The position numbers and the translations under genes are program-made. From a virus: a stretch of DNA of 64,000 nucleotides. The stretch covers positions 81,344 to 145,343 of IMG/VR virus record IMGVR_UViG_3300032213_002070; one strand, given 5' to 3'. Shown one piece after another: positions 1 through 9,677 of this stretch; within the stretch, counting starts at the first letter, position 1, and each line of letters opens with the position of its first letter. Under the pieces are notes generated by a model that worked only from the letters and a program-made list of their open reading frames with translations, was not told the origin of the DNA and ran no database searches.

Positions 1-29
1 GAGATCTTGTTGTGCGTTATAGCTCATGG

Positions 30-224
30 TTACTCTTCTTCTTCATCGTCGTTAAATGAAAATCCTGTAAAAGATCTGTCTTTCTTTATCTTATCTGAAC
101 TGTTAATATTGCAATTAAATTCAATTCCGTCTGAGAATACAAACTTGCCAGATGCTTTAGAAAACGTTGGGACCAGGTCATCATTGGTATCAGACTCAGA
201 ATTGTCAGTAATATTCTCTGCCAT
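30..224 (-). CDS. small acidic hypothetical protein
   Basis: 64-aa ORF tightly packed behind 231..467. Confidence 0.6.
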   Translation of the reverse strand: MAENITDNSESDTNDDLVPTFSKASGKFVFSDGIEFNCNINSSDKIKKDRSFTGFSFNDDEEEE

Positions 225-230
225 AAGTTA

Positions 231-467
231 TTATCCTAATAGTTTTAAAGATGCTATTTGATTAAATAATGATTGAAAACTAGCAGTTGTTGTTGGTGAA
301 AGCGATGTGCTAATCGAAGATAATGAAATAAGCTCATCAACGTTTGAAGCTCCAAGAGCACTTTCTGGATCTACTGACAATAAATACGATAATGTATATA
401 TTGATTTTTCCAAATAATTTGCAGCTTTGTTTTTCATTACTTCTTTTTGTGAATCATTCACAGCCAT
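231..467 (-). CDS. hypothetical protein
   Basis: 78-aa ORF with AGGGAG RBS; resembles neighbour 480..734. Confidence 0.7.
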   Translation of the reverse strand: MAVNDSQKEVMKNKAANYLEKSIYTLSYLLSVDPESALGASNVDELISLSSISTSLSPTTTASFQSLFNQIASLKLLG

Positions 468-479
468 TTTTTTACTCCC

Positions 480-734
480 TTAGGATAATTCTGCTATTTT
501 TTCAGTTATAAGAGCTAAGCGCCCTATTGCATTTGTAATACTACGCTTGATCATGTAGTCAGCATCGTCTTCTGGCGAAGTTGCTGTTGGATCAAAATTC
601 CAAGTAGATAGATCGTAAGTGTCAGGATTATGTCCTAATTTTGCGATATTCTTATAAGTTTCTGCTTGGAATTCTGCTTTAGCAGCTTTTAAGGTTCTTA
701 ATTTTTCTTCTTGTGTAACTAACGAAAATGACAT
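480..734 (-). CDS. hypothetical protein
   Basis: 84-aa ORF with GAGG RBS and an upstream TTACTATA motif. Confidence 0.7.
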   Translation of the reverse strand: MSFSLVTQEEKLRTLKAAKAEFQAETYKNIAKLGHNPDTYDLSTWNFDPTATSPEDDADYMIKRSITNAIGRLALITEKIAELS

Positions 735-775
735 TGTGCCTCACTTCTCGGTAAAATTGTATGTTGATATAGTAA

Positions 776-1480
776 CTAGATATTTGGATTGTTTAACTTT
801 AAAAGCCCACTATTTGCAGGGCCAATCTTTTCGCCTTTTTCATCTAATCCAGTTTTAATACCCTTCATCCACGTCCATGGTTCTTCTTGATTTTTCTTCA
901 TTTTAGCATCTCCGTAAGCTTGGCGAGCTACCATTAAAGATGGTTTGTCCCAAAGATTATCTACTTTAAACTCAACTGATTCAAGAAGACTGCTTTTAAA
1001 TATATTAAAAAACATAAATGGAGTTCCAGCTTCAAACGTAACTGGTTCACCAATTTTAGTAATCATCCAATTCATTTGGAACTCATCTGGCCACCAGCTA
1101 CTCGGTATAATTGCACTAAGGGGAGATGCTCCATCAATCATATAATTTGGCGATCCACCTATCCAAGTCTCATAACCTTCTTCGGTACCAAATGCCCAAC
1201 CAACAGAAAAAGAAACCATACCTATAATTCCACCATAGGCAAATGTTCTACCCATATACTCTGCGCCGCTAAGGATTTTTACATTATTATTTCCACCCTC
1301 CCACTCAACTACTACATCTTGTGGAAGTATTAATTCCCACCCATGTACATTTGCTGTAGTCATTGGAAGACACTGGTATGCGTGCTTCTTATATGTATTA
1401 TCCATCCAATCTCTTTTAACTCTAGACTGAATTATCTGCGGTGGGTTTTGGTGGGTTTTGGTTAACGTAACTTGTGTCAT
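776..1480 (-). CDS. DUF6065-like protein
   Basis: RDWMD...HAYQCLPMTTANVHGWE N-terminal motif recalled for DUF6065; lies beside 2OG-Fe(II) oxygenases. Confidence 0.65.
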   Translation of the reverse strand: MTQVTLTKTHQNPPQIIQSRVKRDWMDNTYKKHAYQCLPMTTANVHGWELILPQDVVVEWEGGNNNVKILSGAEYMGRTFAYGGIIGMVSFSVGWAFGTEEGYETWIGGSPNYMIDGASPLSAIIPSSWWPDEFQMNWMITKIGEPVTFEAGTPFMFFNIFKSSLLESVEFKVDNLWDKPSLMVARQAYGDAKMKKNQEEPWTWMKGIKTGLDEKGEKIGPANSGLLKLNNPNI

Positions 1481-1483
1481 AGG

Positions 1484-2083
1484 TTAGATTGTATCATCCA
1501 ATAAGACTTCTATTGCAGCCTTGATGTTTGTTAGAGCTTGTTCTGGATCTGTTTTTCTTTCTCCGGCATTGAATGCTAAATCTAACAAATCAGAGTTGCA
1601 AAAGCGGAACATTTTTTTTCCATCTCTGCCTATAATTATTTTTTCAAAATTACCTTGAATTGGGTCTTTATCTTCTTGAATTAATTTAAAGAAAGGGTGC
1701 TGTTCTATACCAGCTTTTGGCTCTGGAGCAATTCCAACTAATTCACTAAAAGGAAGATCAGTCTTATATAATTCTTTCATGTGATCTCGCATATGTACTG
1801 GGCTTGCATTAGATTCTTTAAACGCACCGTATGCATCGTCGCAGAAATCTGTACTCGGTACAGCTAATACCTCAAAGCCTAAATCCTTGTATTCTTTATA
1901 TAGATCTTCGATAATTGGATATTGAGCGGAATTAGCACATTCTCCAGTTACGTTGACAATCATTGTTACTTTGCCTTTATTCTTAGCAAGGATGTTTTCC
2001 TCGCCATCTAATGATGATAATGGAATGTCATATATTGATGATTCAAAACGTTCTAGACTTGGTAACTCTTTTTTATCAAACAT
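1484..2083 (-). CDS. glutathione peroxidase-like thioredoxin-fold protein
   Basis: GKVTMIVNVTGEC, FEVLAVPSTDF and GNFEK align with the GPx signatures GKVxLxVNVASxC, LAFPCNQF and WNFEKF. Confidence 0.8.
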   Translation of the reverse strand: MFDKKELPSLERFESSIYDIPLSSLDGEENILAKNKGKVTMIVNVTGECANSAQYPIIEDLYKEYKDLGFEVLAVPSTDFCDDAYGAFKESNASPVHMRDHMKELYKTDLPFSELVGIAPEPKAGIEQHPFFKLIQEDKDPIQGNFEKIIIGRDGKKMFRFCNSDLLDLAFNAGERKTDPEQALTNIKAAIEVLLDDTI

Positions 2084-2092
2084 GTTTTCTCC

Positions 2093-2827
2093 TTATGCTG
2101 GTTGAGGGTACGCTAGGGGTTGATTGGATCCTTTTGTTATGCCTTTTGTTTGATCTGCTTTAGAACCATCTGAGCCATAACCAATCCCATACTTGTGATT
2201 ATTATCGTTATAATCAAACATAGTAACTGCAGAATATTTGATACCACTAGTCACCTTTAATGATGCGTGTGCATATATAAAAGTTGATGGAAATAATACA
2301 ATATCTCCAGCTTGAGGCTTAAATTTGATATCTAGATATGGAAACCATAATTCCCCACCCTCGTAATCGTCATTAAGGTAAATGACAGAAGAAACCGTAC
2401 AAGTATAAGAGAAACCATGATCTGCGTGTACTGCAAAATGTTGACCTGGGTTATACCTAACAAAATTAATTGCTTCCATATAATCCATTTTAAAGTTATA
2501 CAAAGATTCGTAGTGAGTCAAACACTTTTTTAAATTTGTCTCTACGTCTTCATAGCATTTTTTAACTTCTTCAAATTCTGGAGTTAGATACTGCCAATGT
2601 GCTGGACTCATCTTTAGATCAACACAATCTCTATATTCTGGCATTTTTTCATTATACCCGACCATTGCTTCTGACCACTTAAATAATTCATGGGAGCTAT
2701 TGCCGATAGCAGATTCTAATCTTTCTGGAATATTAAGCTCTCTTGGTACTGCATTTCTATACAAGAATATGCCAAATTTTCTATTGTCCTCTACGCTGTC
2801 ACAAGAACCTACATGAAAAAATTCCAT
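2093..2827 (-). CDS. 2OG-Fe(II) oxygenase, prolyl 4-hydroxylase-like
   Basis: HAD...YLNDDYEGGEL.FP...KPQAGD..LFPS...H...K metal and 2OG ligands. Confidence 0.88.
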   Translation of the reverse strand: MEFFHVGSCDSVEDNRKFGIFLYRNAVPRELNIPERLESAIGNSSHELFKWSEAMVGYNEKMPEYRDCVDLKMSPAHWQYLTPEFEEVKKCYEDVETNLKKCLTHYESLYNFKMDYMEAINFVRYNPGQHFAVHADHGFSYTCTVSSVIYLNDDYEGGELWFPYLDIKFKPQAGDIVLFPSTFIYAHASLKVTSGIKYSAVTMFDYNDNNHKYGIGYGSDGSKADQTKGITKGSNQPLAYPQPA

Positions 2828-2902
2828 TTTTTACCTTCTCTCAATTAGCTATTTTGTTTAGTGCTATACTATACCACACGTATATCTACCAAGGAGTGTT
2901 GT

Positions 2903-3538
2903 ATGGATTTTGATACTGATACTAAATCGTTAATCGAACCTGGATACTTTGGAGATTCTTCTGATAATATCATTATATTAGAAAATTTTGTTGAATTACA
3001 GGATTTAAAAATTATACAAGATTTTTTACCTAATATCAACGAATGGATGGATGCCGGAGAAAATACTTATTCTGAAGATGGTACCTGCACCTATGATGCG
3101 TCCTACTGGGCTAATAGGCAATGTAGTTTTGATATTCTTTCTAGAATTAACTTAGACGTATACAACCTAGTCGATAAGTATATTTTAAAAATGAAGTATG
3201 CTTTAGAAGATAACTTTAAGGTTAAGTTAGTGGTTAGACCACCAGTAATCATTAGATGGTTTCCGGGCTTAGAGCAGCAGCCACATGCCGACAAGCAGTT
3301 GAACGATGGATCTCCAAATCCTTTTCCTACATATGATCTAAATTCGTTAATTTATTATAATGATGATTTTGAGGGTGGGGAATTATACTACCCTCAACAT
3401 GATATTGTGGTTAAGCCAAAGCCTGGTTTAGCGGTTGCCCACCCTGGGGATATTAATTATCTTCATGGCGTCAAAAAGGTTATTAGTGGAGAAAGATTTA
3501 CCACACCATCTTTTTATACTATTACAGAATTATTGTAA
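2903..3538 (+). CDS. 2OG-Fe(II) oxygenase, prolyl 4-hydroxylase-like
   Basis: HAD...YYNDDFEGGEL...HGV..V.SGER; ATG 2903 follows AAGGAG. Confidence 0.88.
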   Translation: MDFDTDTKSLIEPGYFGDSSDNIIILENFVELQDLKIIQDFLPNINEWMDAGENTYSEDGTCTYDASYWANRQCSFDILSRINLDVYNLVDKYILKMKYALEDNFKVKLVVRPPVIIRWFPGLEQQPHADKQLNDGSPNPFPTYDLNSLIYYNDDFEGGELYYPQHDIVVKPKPGLAVAHPGDINYLHGVKKVISGERFTTPSFYTITELL

Positions 3539-4234
3539 CTAGTTAAATATAAAACCTTCACCCTCGACCCAATCATTGTCGTTGTTGTATATTTTTGGAA
3601 TTCCCTGACGCGAGGGTTTGATTTTTGGATGGAACTTGCTGCTATAGTCCCAAAAAGTTGCTGCTGCATATCTAAAACCTGATTTAACTATATTAACTTT
3701 ATGAGCGTGCATAAATGATGATGGAAACAATACTATATCTCCAGCTTCTGGCTTAAATTCAAAATCCAATAATGGAAATCCCAATTCTCCACCTTCATAA
3801 TCATCGTTTAAATATGCAAGTGCCGATACCACTGAAGAATAACTAGATCCAGCATCTACGTGAGTCACGAAATGATGACCTTCACCATATTTCATAAAAT
3901 TTAATCCTTGTTGAAATGGAAGTTTTAAATTATACAAATCTTTATAATGAGTGATCGCACTCAGAAAACCTCGATCAATCTCTTCATAACAGTTTTTTAT
4001 TTCTTCAAATTCTGGAGTTAAAAACTGCCAATAATCTGAATGCATTTTGAGGTCAAAACATCTTCTGTAGCTGGATAGATCCTTGCCCATTAGATTGGTA
4101 GAATCTGTCCATCTAAATAACTCATCAGAACTATTATCTAATACCGATTCTAATCTGTTAATTATATCCGCCCCATTGGGGATAGCATTTGTGTATATGT
4201 GCACTCCGTGCACTGGATTAGTTACTTCCATCAT
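3539..4234 (-). CDS. 2OG-Fe(II) oxygenase, paralog of 2093..2827
   Basis: HVD...YLNDDYEGGEL...H.V..V.SG.R; shares DLKM..WQ.LTPEFEE.K.CYE with 2093..2827. Confidence 0.88.
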   Translation of the reverse strand: MMEVTNPVHGVHIYTNAIPNGADIINRLESVLDNSSDELFRWTDSTNLMGKDLSSYRRCFDLKMHSDYWQFLTPEFEEIKNCYEEIDRGFLSAITHYKDLYNLKLPFQQGLNFMKYGEGHHFVTHVDAGSSYSSVVSALAYLNDDYEGGELGFPLLDFEFKPEAGDIVLFPSSFMHAHKVNIVKSGFRYAAATFWDYSSKFHPKIKPSRQGIPKIYNNDNDWVEGEGFIFN

Positions 4235-4947
4235 TCGTCACTTTTTGGTTTTTGTACAAAACTTTCTTTTCTTTTAAGAATAAATTTAATTGACACATAA
4301 TTCGTATAAAGCATCGGTGCAATCGGTATCCAGTATAGGATAAACCATTTTGTAACTTCAGATGGATAAAATACCCATTGAGCTATTGAATAAATAACAA
4401 AAAGAGGAAAAGGTATAATGTAGCTTAAGATAGCATACGGTCTTAAATACTCTATCTTATAATACGTTTTTAATGTATTATAAACCATATAAGGAACACA
4501 CATGCTAATCATAAATAGCATTACAATCAGCAATTGGGCTGGTTTATTACTATTAAAGTTTACAGCTAAAGATAGGGTACCAAAAAAAATTACTCCACAA
4601 TGGTGATAAATAGTATCTTTTCTAAGATAGTATTTAGAAGCTTTAATTATACTTAAGAGTTCTACTGCTACAAGATTCATAGACAGTGATCTCATGGGTA
4701 TATCCGGATAATTACCATGTCTAATATCAGTTATGTAATAGTAGGTTAATCCTATTAAAGCTGTAATGCATTGTAGGGTCTTAACTAAATTGGAGCAAGC
4801 GCCTATTTCTCCAAAATGTTTTTTACCATCTGGTCTAAGTATAGATAAAAACTTTTCATTGCTATACAAACTATTCGAAATTAGATAAGTAAGTGCAAAG
4901 CACAGTACTGGAATAATATTATCTAATACGAAAGGATTTGTAAACAC
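4231..4947 (-). CDS. polytopic membrane protein, possibly TLC (TRAM/LAG1/CLN8)-like
   Basis: About 6-7 hydrophobic segments and a DTIYHH motif. Confidence 0.5.
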   Translation of the reverse strand: MFTNPFVLDNIIPVLCFALTYLISNSLYSNEKFLSILRPDGKKHFGEIGACSNLVKTLQCITALIGLTYYYITDIRHGNYPDIPMRSLSMNLVAVELLSIIKASKYYLRKDTIYHHCGVIFFGTLSLAVNFNSNKPAQLLIVMLFMISMCVPYMVYNTLKTYYKIEYLRPYAILSYIIPFPLFVIYSIAQWVFYPSEVTKWFILYWIPIAPMLYTNYVSIKFILKRKESFVQKPKSDE

Positions 4948-4959
4948 TTTTAACAGTCT

Positions 4960-5674
4960 TTATTTATTTTCGTTTTTTTTCAATTCCTTGACCTGAGATG
5001 ATAATTCCTGGATAGCCTTAACCATTACTGGAATCAACCTATGGTATGCAGCGTATATTGTTTCTTCATCTCTACGATCAGTCAAGCCGAATACTTCATG
5101 TGCGTTAAACATGTCTTCTACTTTGGCTAATTCTTGAGCTATGAATCCAATATCTTTTTTGCCCTGATTGTTTCCGTCTCTTTCGTTCCATTCAAAAGCA
5201 ACAGGACGAAGTTCTTCGACTACATTAAGTCCAAATCCAAGATCTTCTATTTCAATCTTATCTCTTACGTCAGACTTAAATGCTGGAGGAAAGAATGGTG
5301 GGAAGAATGGTGGAAAGAATGGTGGAAAGAACGGTGGAAAGAACGGAGGAAAGAATGGTGGGAACCATGGTGGAAACCATGGTGGGAAGTACGGTGGAAA
5401 ATACGGTGGGAAATAAGGTGGAAAATATGGTGGGAAAAAAGGCGCATTTCTTTCATAAGAAATAGCTGTACCCAAAGGAGTAACAGCAGCGTCAGTTAAA
5501 GCAGTTTTAACCTTATTTAAATCTGCCGAAACAGCCGTTGCAGTATCGGTTGGAGTTCCGACAGTAAAGCCTGCAGCTGTTATAGTTGCATTAGCTGCAG
5601 AGTCTGCAGTTCCGTGCAGCTACTGTAGGCTTAGGAGCTTTTCTATTTTGCTTCTTACCAACATTATCGGCCAT
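4960..5674 (-). CDS. PASTA-like + (PPxF)13 repeat + peptidase S74 chaperone protein; +1 shift at CGGA 5611-5614
   Basis: ATG 5674 MADNVGKKQNRKAPKPTVAA-CGG-A; skipping one base gives GTADSAANATITAAGFTVG... in frame with 4960..5475; C-terminal SDVRDK...LRPV.F.W...IGFIAQEL is S74-like. Confidence 0.8.
5278..5433 (-). repeat. 12-bp coding tandem repeat: PPYF x4, PPWF x2, PPFF x6, PPAF
   Basis: Read directly; variation at synonymous positions. Confidence 0.95.
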
Positions 5675-5675
5675 A

Positions 5676-7706
5676 TTATGCTACCATATCTCCTAAAGCA
5701 ACCCATGTATCAGTTGCACGTTTAATAAGTGTAGCAGATGACCAGGTTGTACGCAACTTAAGTCCAGGAGTACCGTTTACTGTAACTCCAGCACCGGCTG
5801 TTATTGTACACTGGCCAGCTCCGGTTTGAAGAACGGTGAGGGTAGAACCAACAGGAAATGCTACTGAAGAGTTAGGTGGAACTGTTAAAGTATTAGCTGA
5901 AGCATTGCTTATCTCGACTAATTTATTTTTGTCAGTTAATACAAGTGTATAAGAAGCTGTTTGAGCATTTAGTACAGTATCAGCTATCTTACCCTGATCA
6001 ATTGCAGCAGATGCCGATATGTCAGCATTGACGATTGTTCCATCAAGTATCATTGCGCTTGTAACAGTTCCTGTTGGAAGGGTTACCGTGCCAGTAAATG
6101 TTGGACTAGCCAAAGGTGCTTTTAGTGCAATGCTTGTTGTAAGCGTTGTAGAAAGGTTCGCATCATTTCCAAGCGCTGTTGCAATCTCACCAAGGGTATC
6201 TAATGTCGCACCAGCAGAGCCAACAAGTGCTGCGACTTCTGCACGAACGAACTCCGTAGTAGCAACTTGAGTTGTATTGGTTGCTGCTGCTGCGGTTGGA
6301 GCTGTAGGAGTTCCAGTTAATGCTGGGCTTGCTAGTGGAGCAAAACCAGAGATTGATGCTCCAGCAGGGATTGTCACCGTACCTGTAAATGTTGGTGAAG
6401 CCAAAGGTGCTTTTGCTGCAAGCAGTGCTGAGTCATTAACCCAAGCGGTTCCATTCCATTTAAGGATGTTATCAGAAGCCGCACTCGTAATTGTTACGTC
6501 ACCGATATCATCAAGGTTGTTAATGGTTGGGATAGCACCCCATTCCATACCAGATGTGAGTGAAGAATTAGCCTTTAGATAATAACCATTTGTGCCAAGA
6601 GCTAAACGACCAACTGTGTTATCTGCTGTTCCGACAATGAGGTCACCCTTAGCATCAACTAATGATTTCAATACTGCGTTGTTGCCGGCATCAGAAACAG
6701 CTATTGTTGCAGCGTTTTGCACGAATGCTGTAGTTGCCAATTGAGTAGTGCTAGTTGCATTAGCTGCAGTTGGTGCAGTAGGGACTCCTGTTAAAGCTGG
6801 ACTTGCCAAAGTTGCATAACCAGCAAATGACACGCTAGATGTTTCTTTACCAGAAATTCTACCATAAGAGTCTACAGTAAAACTGCTAACAAAAGTAGTT
6901 GTACTTGAACCTGAAGTATTTGTCTGGCTAACTGTTGCTAAATCAATACTGTCTGCATTGATCACAATTCTTGAAGAAGAAGCAGTTGCGACATCAAGCA
7001 CATTGCCGGTGCTCGTCAAGCCAGCACCAGCTGTGAATGTTGCAGTTCCAGTGAACTGTGCAAAGGCTAGTGAGTCAGTGCCAAAGATAATTGCACCGTT
7101 TGTACCAGTTCCAGTAGTGGTCAACGTAAATCCTTGGCCACCATTATTAGTTCCACTTACTACATAAACTGAATCACCAGTAGAAACTTGACCAGCAACG
7201 CTATTATCAGAATCAGTACGACGTGTTAATACGAATGGAGTTGATACGCTACCTTGTGCTGTGATTGTGTATATTCCGTTTTGTGTTGCGGTTGCTTGAT
7301 CTTTTACTAAGATGCTTTTACCAGTAGTCTGGGCAGATCCATCAACAGTTAATCTTCCGTTAGCATTTCCTGTTAATGTAGCACCTACGCCCAATGTACC
7401 ATTATCATATGTGCAGGCTGATAAAGCTGCAGCTGTAGCAAACGCTACTGAATCGTGCCAGTTTAAACCAGCAGCTACCGTGTCAACATAACCCCTTGTG
7501 GCAAGCGATGTTGATGTAGTGCCTGCGTTTGAGGTAACAACAGAAAGAACATTCAATGTACCGTCTACTGCTATATTACCAACGACTGTACCAGACGAGT
7601 TTTTAAATTCTGCTAATGGAGCACTTGCTCCAGCCGCTGCCTTGATTACGAAAGACTCATCGTATACTGTAATCTCTGGTGCGGTTTCAATTCTTAAGCG
7701 GGCCAT
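5676..7706 (-). CDS. fibre protein (tail or head fibre)
   Basis: T/A/G-rich; LASPALTGTPTAPT repeats; LDTLGEIATALGND motif; C-terminal domain shared with 15344..18688. Confidence 0.8.
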   Translation of the reverse strand: MARLRIETAPEITVYDESFVIKAAAGASAPLAEFKNSSGTVVGNIAVDGTLNVLSVVTSNAGTTSTSLATRGYVDTVAAGLNWHDSVAFATAAALSACTYDNGTLGVGATLTGNANGRLTVDGSAQTTGKSILVKDQATATQNGIYTITAQGSVSTPFVLTRRTDSDNSVAGQVSTGDSVYVVSGTNNGGQGFTLTTTGTGTNGAIIFGTDSLAFAQFTGTATFTAGAGLTSTGNVLDVATASSSRIVINADSIDLATVSQTNTSGSSTTTFVSSFTVDSYGRISGKETSSVSFAGYATLASPALTGVPTAPTAANATSTTQLATTAFVQNAATIAVSDAGNNAVLKSLVDAKGDLIVGTADNTVGRLALGTNGYYLKANSSLTSGMEWGAIPTINNLDDIGDVTITSAASDNILKWNGTAWVNDSALLAAKAPLASPTFTGTVTIPAGASISGFAPLASPALTGTPTAPTAAAATNTTQVATTEFVRAEVAALVGSAGATLDTLGEIATALGNDANLSTTLTTSIALKAPLASPTFTGTVTLPTGTVTSAMILDGTIVNADISASAAIDQGKIADTVLNAQTASYTLVLTDKNKLVEISNASANTLTVPPNSSVAFPVGSTLTVLQTGAGQCTITAGAGVTVNGTPGLKLRTTWSSATLIKRATDTWVALGDMVA

Positions 7707-7765
7707 ATCACTCCTAGTGTGGGTTTTAAAACAACTAGGGATATAGTAATGGGTTAATTAAAAAG

Positions 7766-8572
7766 TTATTGTGTTATTCTCTTTAAATAATCTAACATTT
7801 TACCAGTATATTTTATGCGACCAAAATGAGTTAAATTAATAGTTGGATCTACCCAAATCTTTCCACCCATCTTCTGCCAATATCGACAGAAGCCATAGTC
7901 TTCGGATAAAAATCTTCCGTCATCATCAACATATGAATTAAATAAAGCGTATGCATTTTCTGTTTCATTACCAGATAAAGCACCTGTGTCGTCTTTATAT
8001 TTTAATTTTTTATACTTCTTAAACATTTTTTCAAACACTTGGCGCTTAATAACCATAAAACCAGTTCCGGCTTCATAGCATTCGATTGCTCCGTTATCAA
8101 TATTTAATTGATTCTCACCTGGTTTTGTCATATGCACTACATATCTAGTGGAAAATTCCATTAGATCAGAAGGTGCCATATCTGCTTGAGCACCTTCTTT
8201 TACTTTGTCCCAATTAATTTCCTTGATTGGATAAGAAGCAGTCATGACATCTTTATCATGCCACAAGAGTTTTAATATAGCTTCTTTATCAAATTGAAGA
8301 TCAACGTCTATAAAAACCATATGAGTAAAATCTTCATTACCCATAAACTTAGCTACAAGATTATTTCTTGCGCGGTTTATTAGAGAATCAGATATTGTAC
8401 AAACCGAATACTTTAAACCTATTTCTTTAAAATATAGAAGAGCTTGCAAAAAGCTCATCATAAAAGGTTCTGTTACATGTGAGTCGTAACAGGGAAGTGC
8501 AAAGAAAACATTCCATTCTTGGAGCTTTTCTTTAGGTATTGTTATGTTTATTTGTTGTTCGTCTACAGGCAT
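7766..8572 (-). CDS. GT-A fold glycosyltransferase-like protein
   Basis: SLINRARN, FIDVD (DxD) and LSEDYGFC motifs. Confidence 0.75.
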   Translation of the reverse strand: MPVDEQQINITIPKEKLQEWNVFFALPCYDSHVTEPFMMSFLQALLYFKEIGLKYSVCTISDSLINRARNNLVAKFMGNEDFTHMVFIDVDLQFDKEAILKLLWHDKDVMTASYPIKEINWDKVKEGAQADMAPSDLMEFSTRYVVHMTKPGENQLNIDNGAIECYEAGTGFMVIKRQVFEKMFKKYKKLKYKDDTGALSGNETENAYALFNSYVDDDGRFLSEDYGFCRYWQKMGGKIWVDPTINLTHFGRIKYTGKMLDYLKRITQ

Positions 8573-8593
8573 GCTGACTATTGTATCAATTTA

Positions 8594-9625
8594 TTACCAA
8601 GTTGTCAAAGCGGATCTCTTCCAAGTGTCAGTGGCTATGCATATGTATATGAAGGATTCATCCCAAGCCATATCTCCAATATTCCCAGGGCTAGAAGGTG
8701 TGGGTGGAACATCTACTGAAATATCATCAAATGATGGAATGTTTATTATCCCACCTAAACCAGCGTAAACTGTAATATATCTTGAATTATTTGCAGGAGC
8801 AGATGAATAATATAGTTTTACATTGTTTTCATCTATCAACTCATATCTTACTTTAGGAAAATCAAATAAGCCGCTAGTATCCCTCGAGATAATTCCTATA
8901 TCTAATGTATTCAATTTATGATTTATGGTAAAAGTTTTACTACTGTTATTACCAATCATTTCTCCATAAGAATAACCATTTAATGGCAAAAATACACAAG
9001 CTACTAAAGAATTTGTTTGAGGAGCTTTAGAGAAATCTAGAATTATCCTTTGAGTAGAGTAGGCTTGAATTGCTACTTCTACAACTTCATAAGGAGAGTT
9101 GGCATTATAAACAACTACAACGGCTTCTCTGGATCCTAAGTTATGGTTTAATTCTATAGAAGAACTAACACCATCACCAATTATTTCTGAATAATGAACT
9201 TCTGAACCAGAAGAAAAAATTAAAACTTTTCTAGAATTACTTATTGGTGCTTTTTCAAACTCTAAAGAAATAGAATTATCAGTAGTAGCTTCCCATCTAA
9301 CCTCTATATTGGAGGCCGGAATTAATTGAGGAGTTGCGCTATCATCGTATTCATTACCTGTAGATGAGACTAAAACAACAACATCTTTTGTGCCTAGATT
9401 GTGCGTTATGGTAAATGTACTATTAGATCCATTACCAATAATCTGTGAATAAGAAGATATATTTGATGGCAGTGCGTCTGCTATATTTGTAGCAGAAATT
9501 TTACTGCCATTATATGTTAATACTTGACCGGTAGTGATTCCAGCCAGATCTAGCTCAATACCGTTGATTGTTACGGTAGAGCCAACAATAAGACTATTTT
9601 TTACTACAAAATCTTTATTTGCCAC
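8594..9625 (-). CDS. fibre-associated structural protein with three THNLGT-type beta repeats
   Basis: Repeated IGNG...FTITHNLGT.DV modules also present in neighbouring fibres. Confidence 0.7.
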   Translation of the reverse strand: MANKDFVVKNSLIVGSTVTINGIELDLAGITTGQVLTYNGSKISATNIADALPSNISSYSQIIGNGSNSTFTITHNLGTKDVVVLVSSTGNEYDDSATPQLIPASNIEVRWEATTDNSISLEFEKAPISNSRKVLIFSSGSEVHYSEIIGDGVSSSIELNHNLGSREAVVVVYNANSPYEVVEVAIQAYSTQRIILDFSKAPQTNSLVACVFLPLNGYSYGEMIGNNSSKTFTINHKLNTLDIGIISRDTSGLFDFPKVRYELIDENNVKLYYSSAPANNSRYITVYAGLGGIINIPSFDDISVDVPPTPSSPGNIGDMAWDESFIYICIATDTWKRSALTTW

Positions 9626-9677
9626 TAAAGTTCACTGTCCCTCTAGTTTTATGATTTAAAACTTAACTATTATTATA

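Noticed and set aside
5278-5433. CRISPR array
   Set aside because: Contiguous 12-bp coding units with no spacers and no cas genes.
5134-5499. ORFs with GGKN, WWKE, MVER or His-rich repeats
   Set aside because: They are alternative frames and strands of the PPxF repeat.
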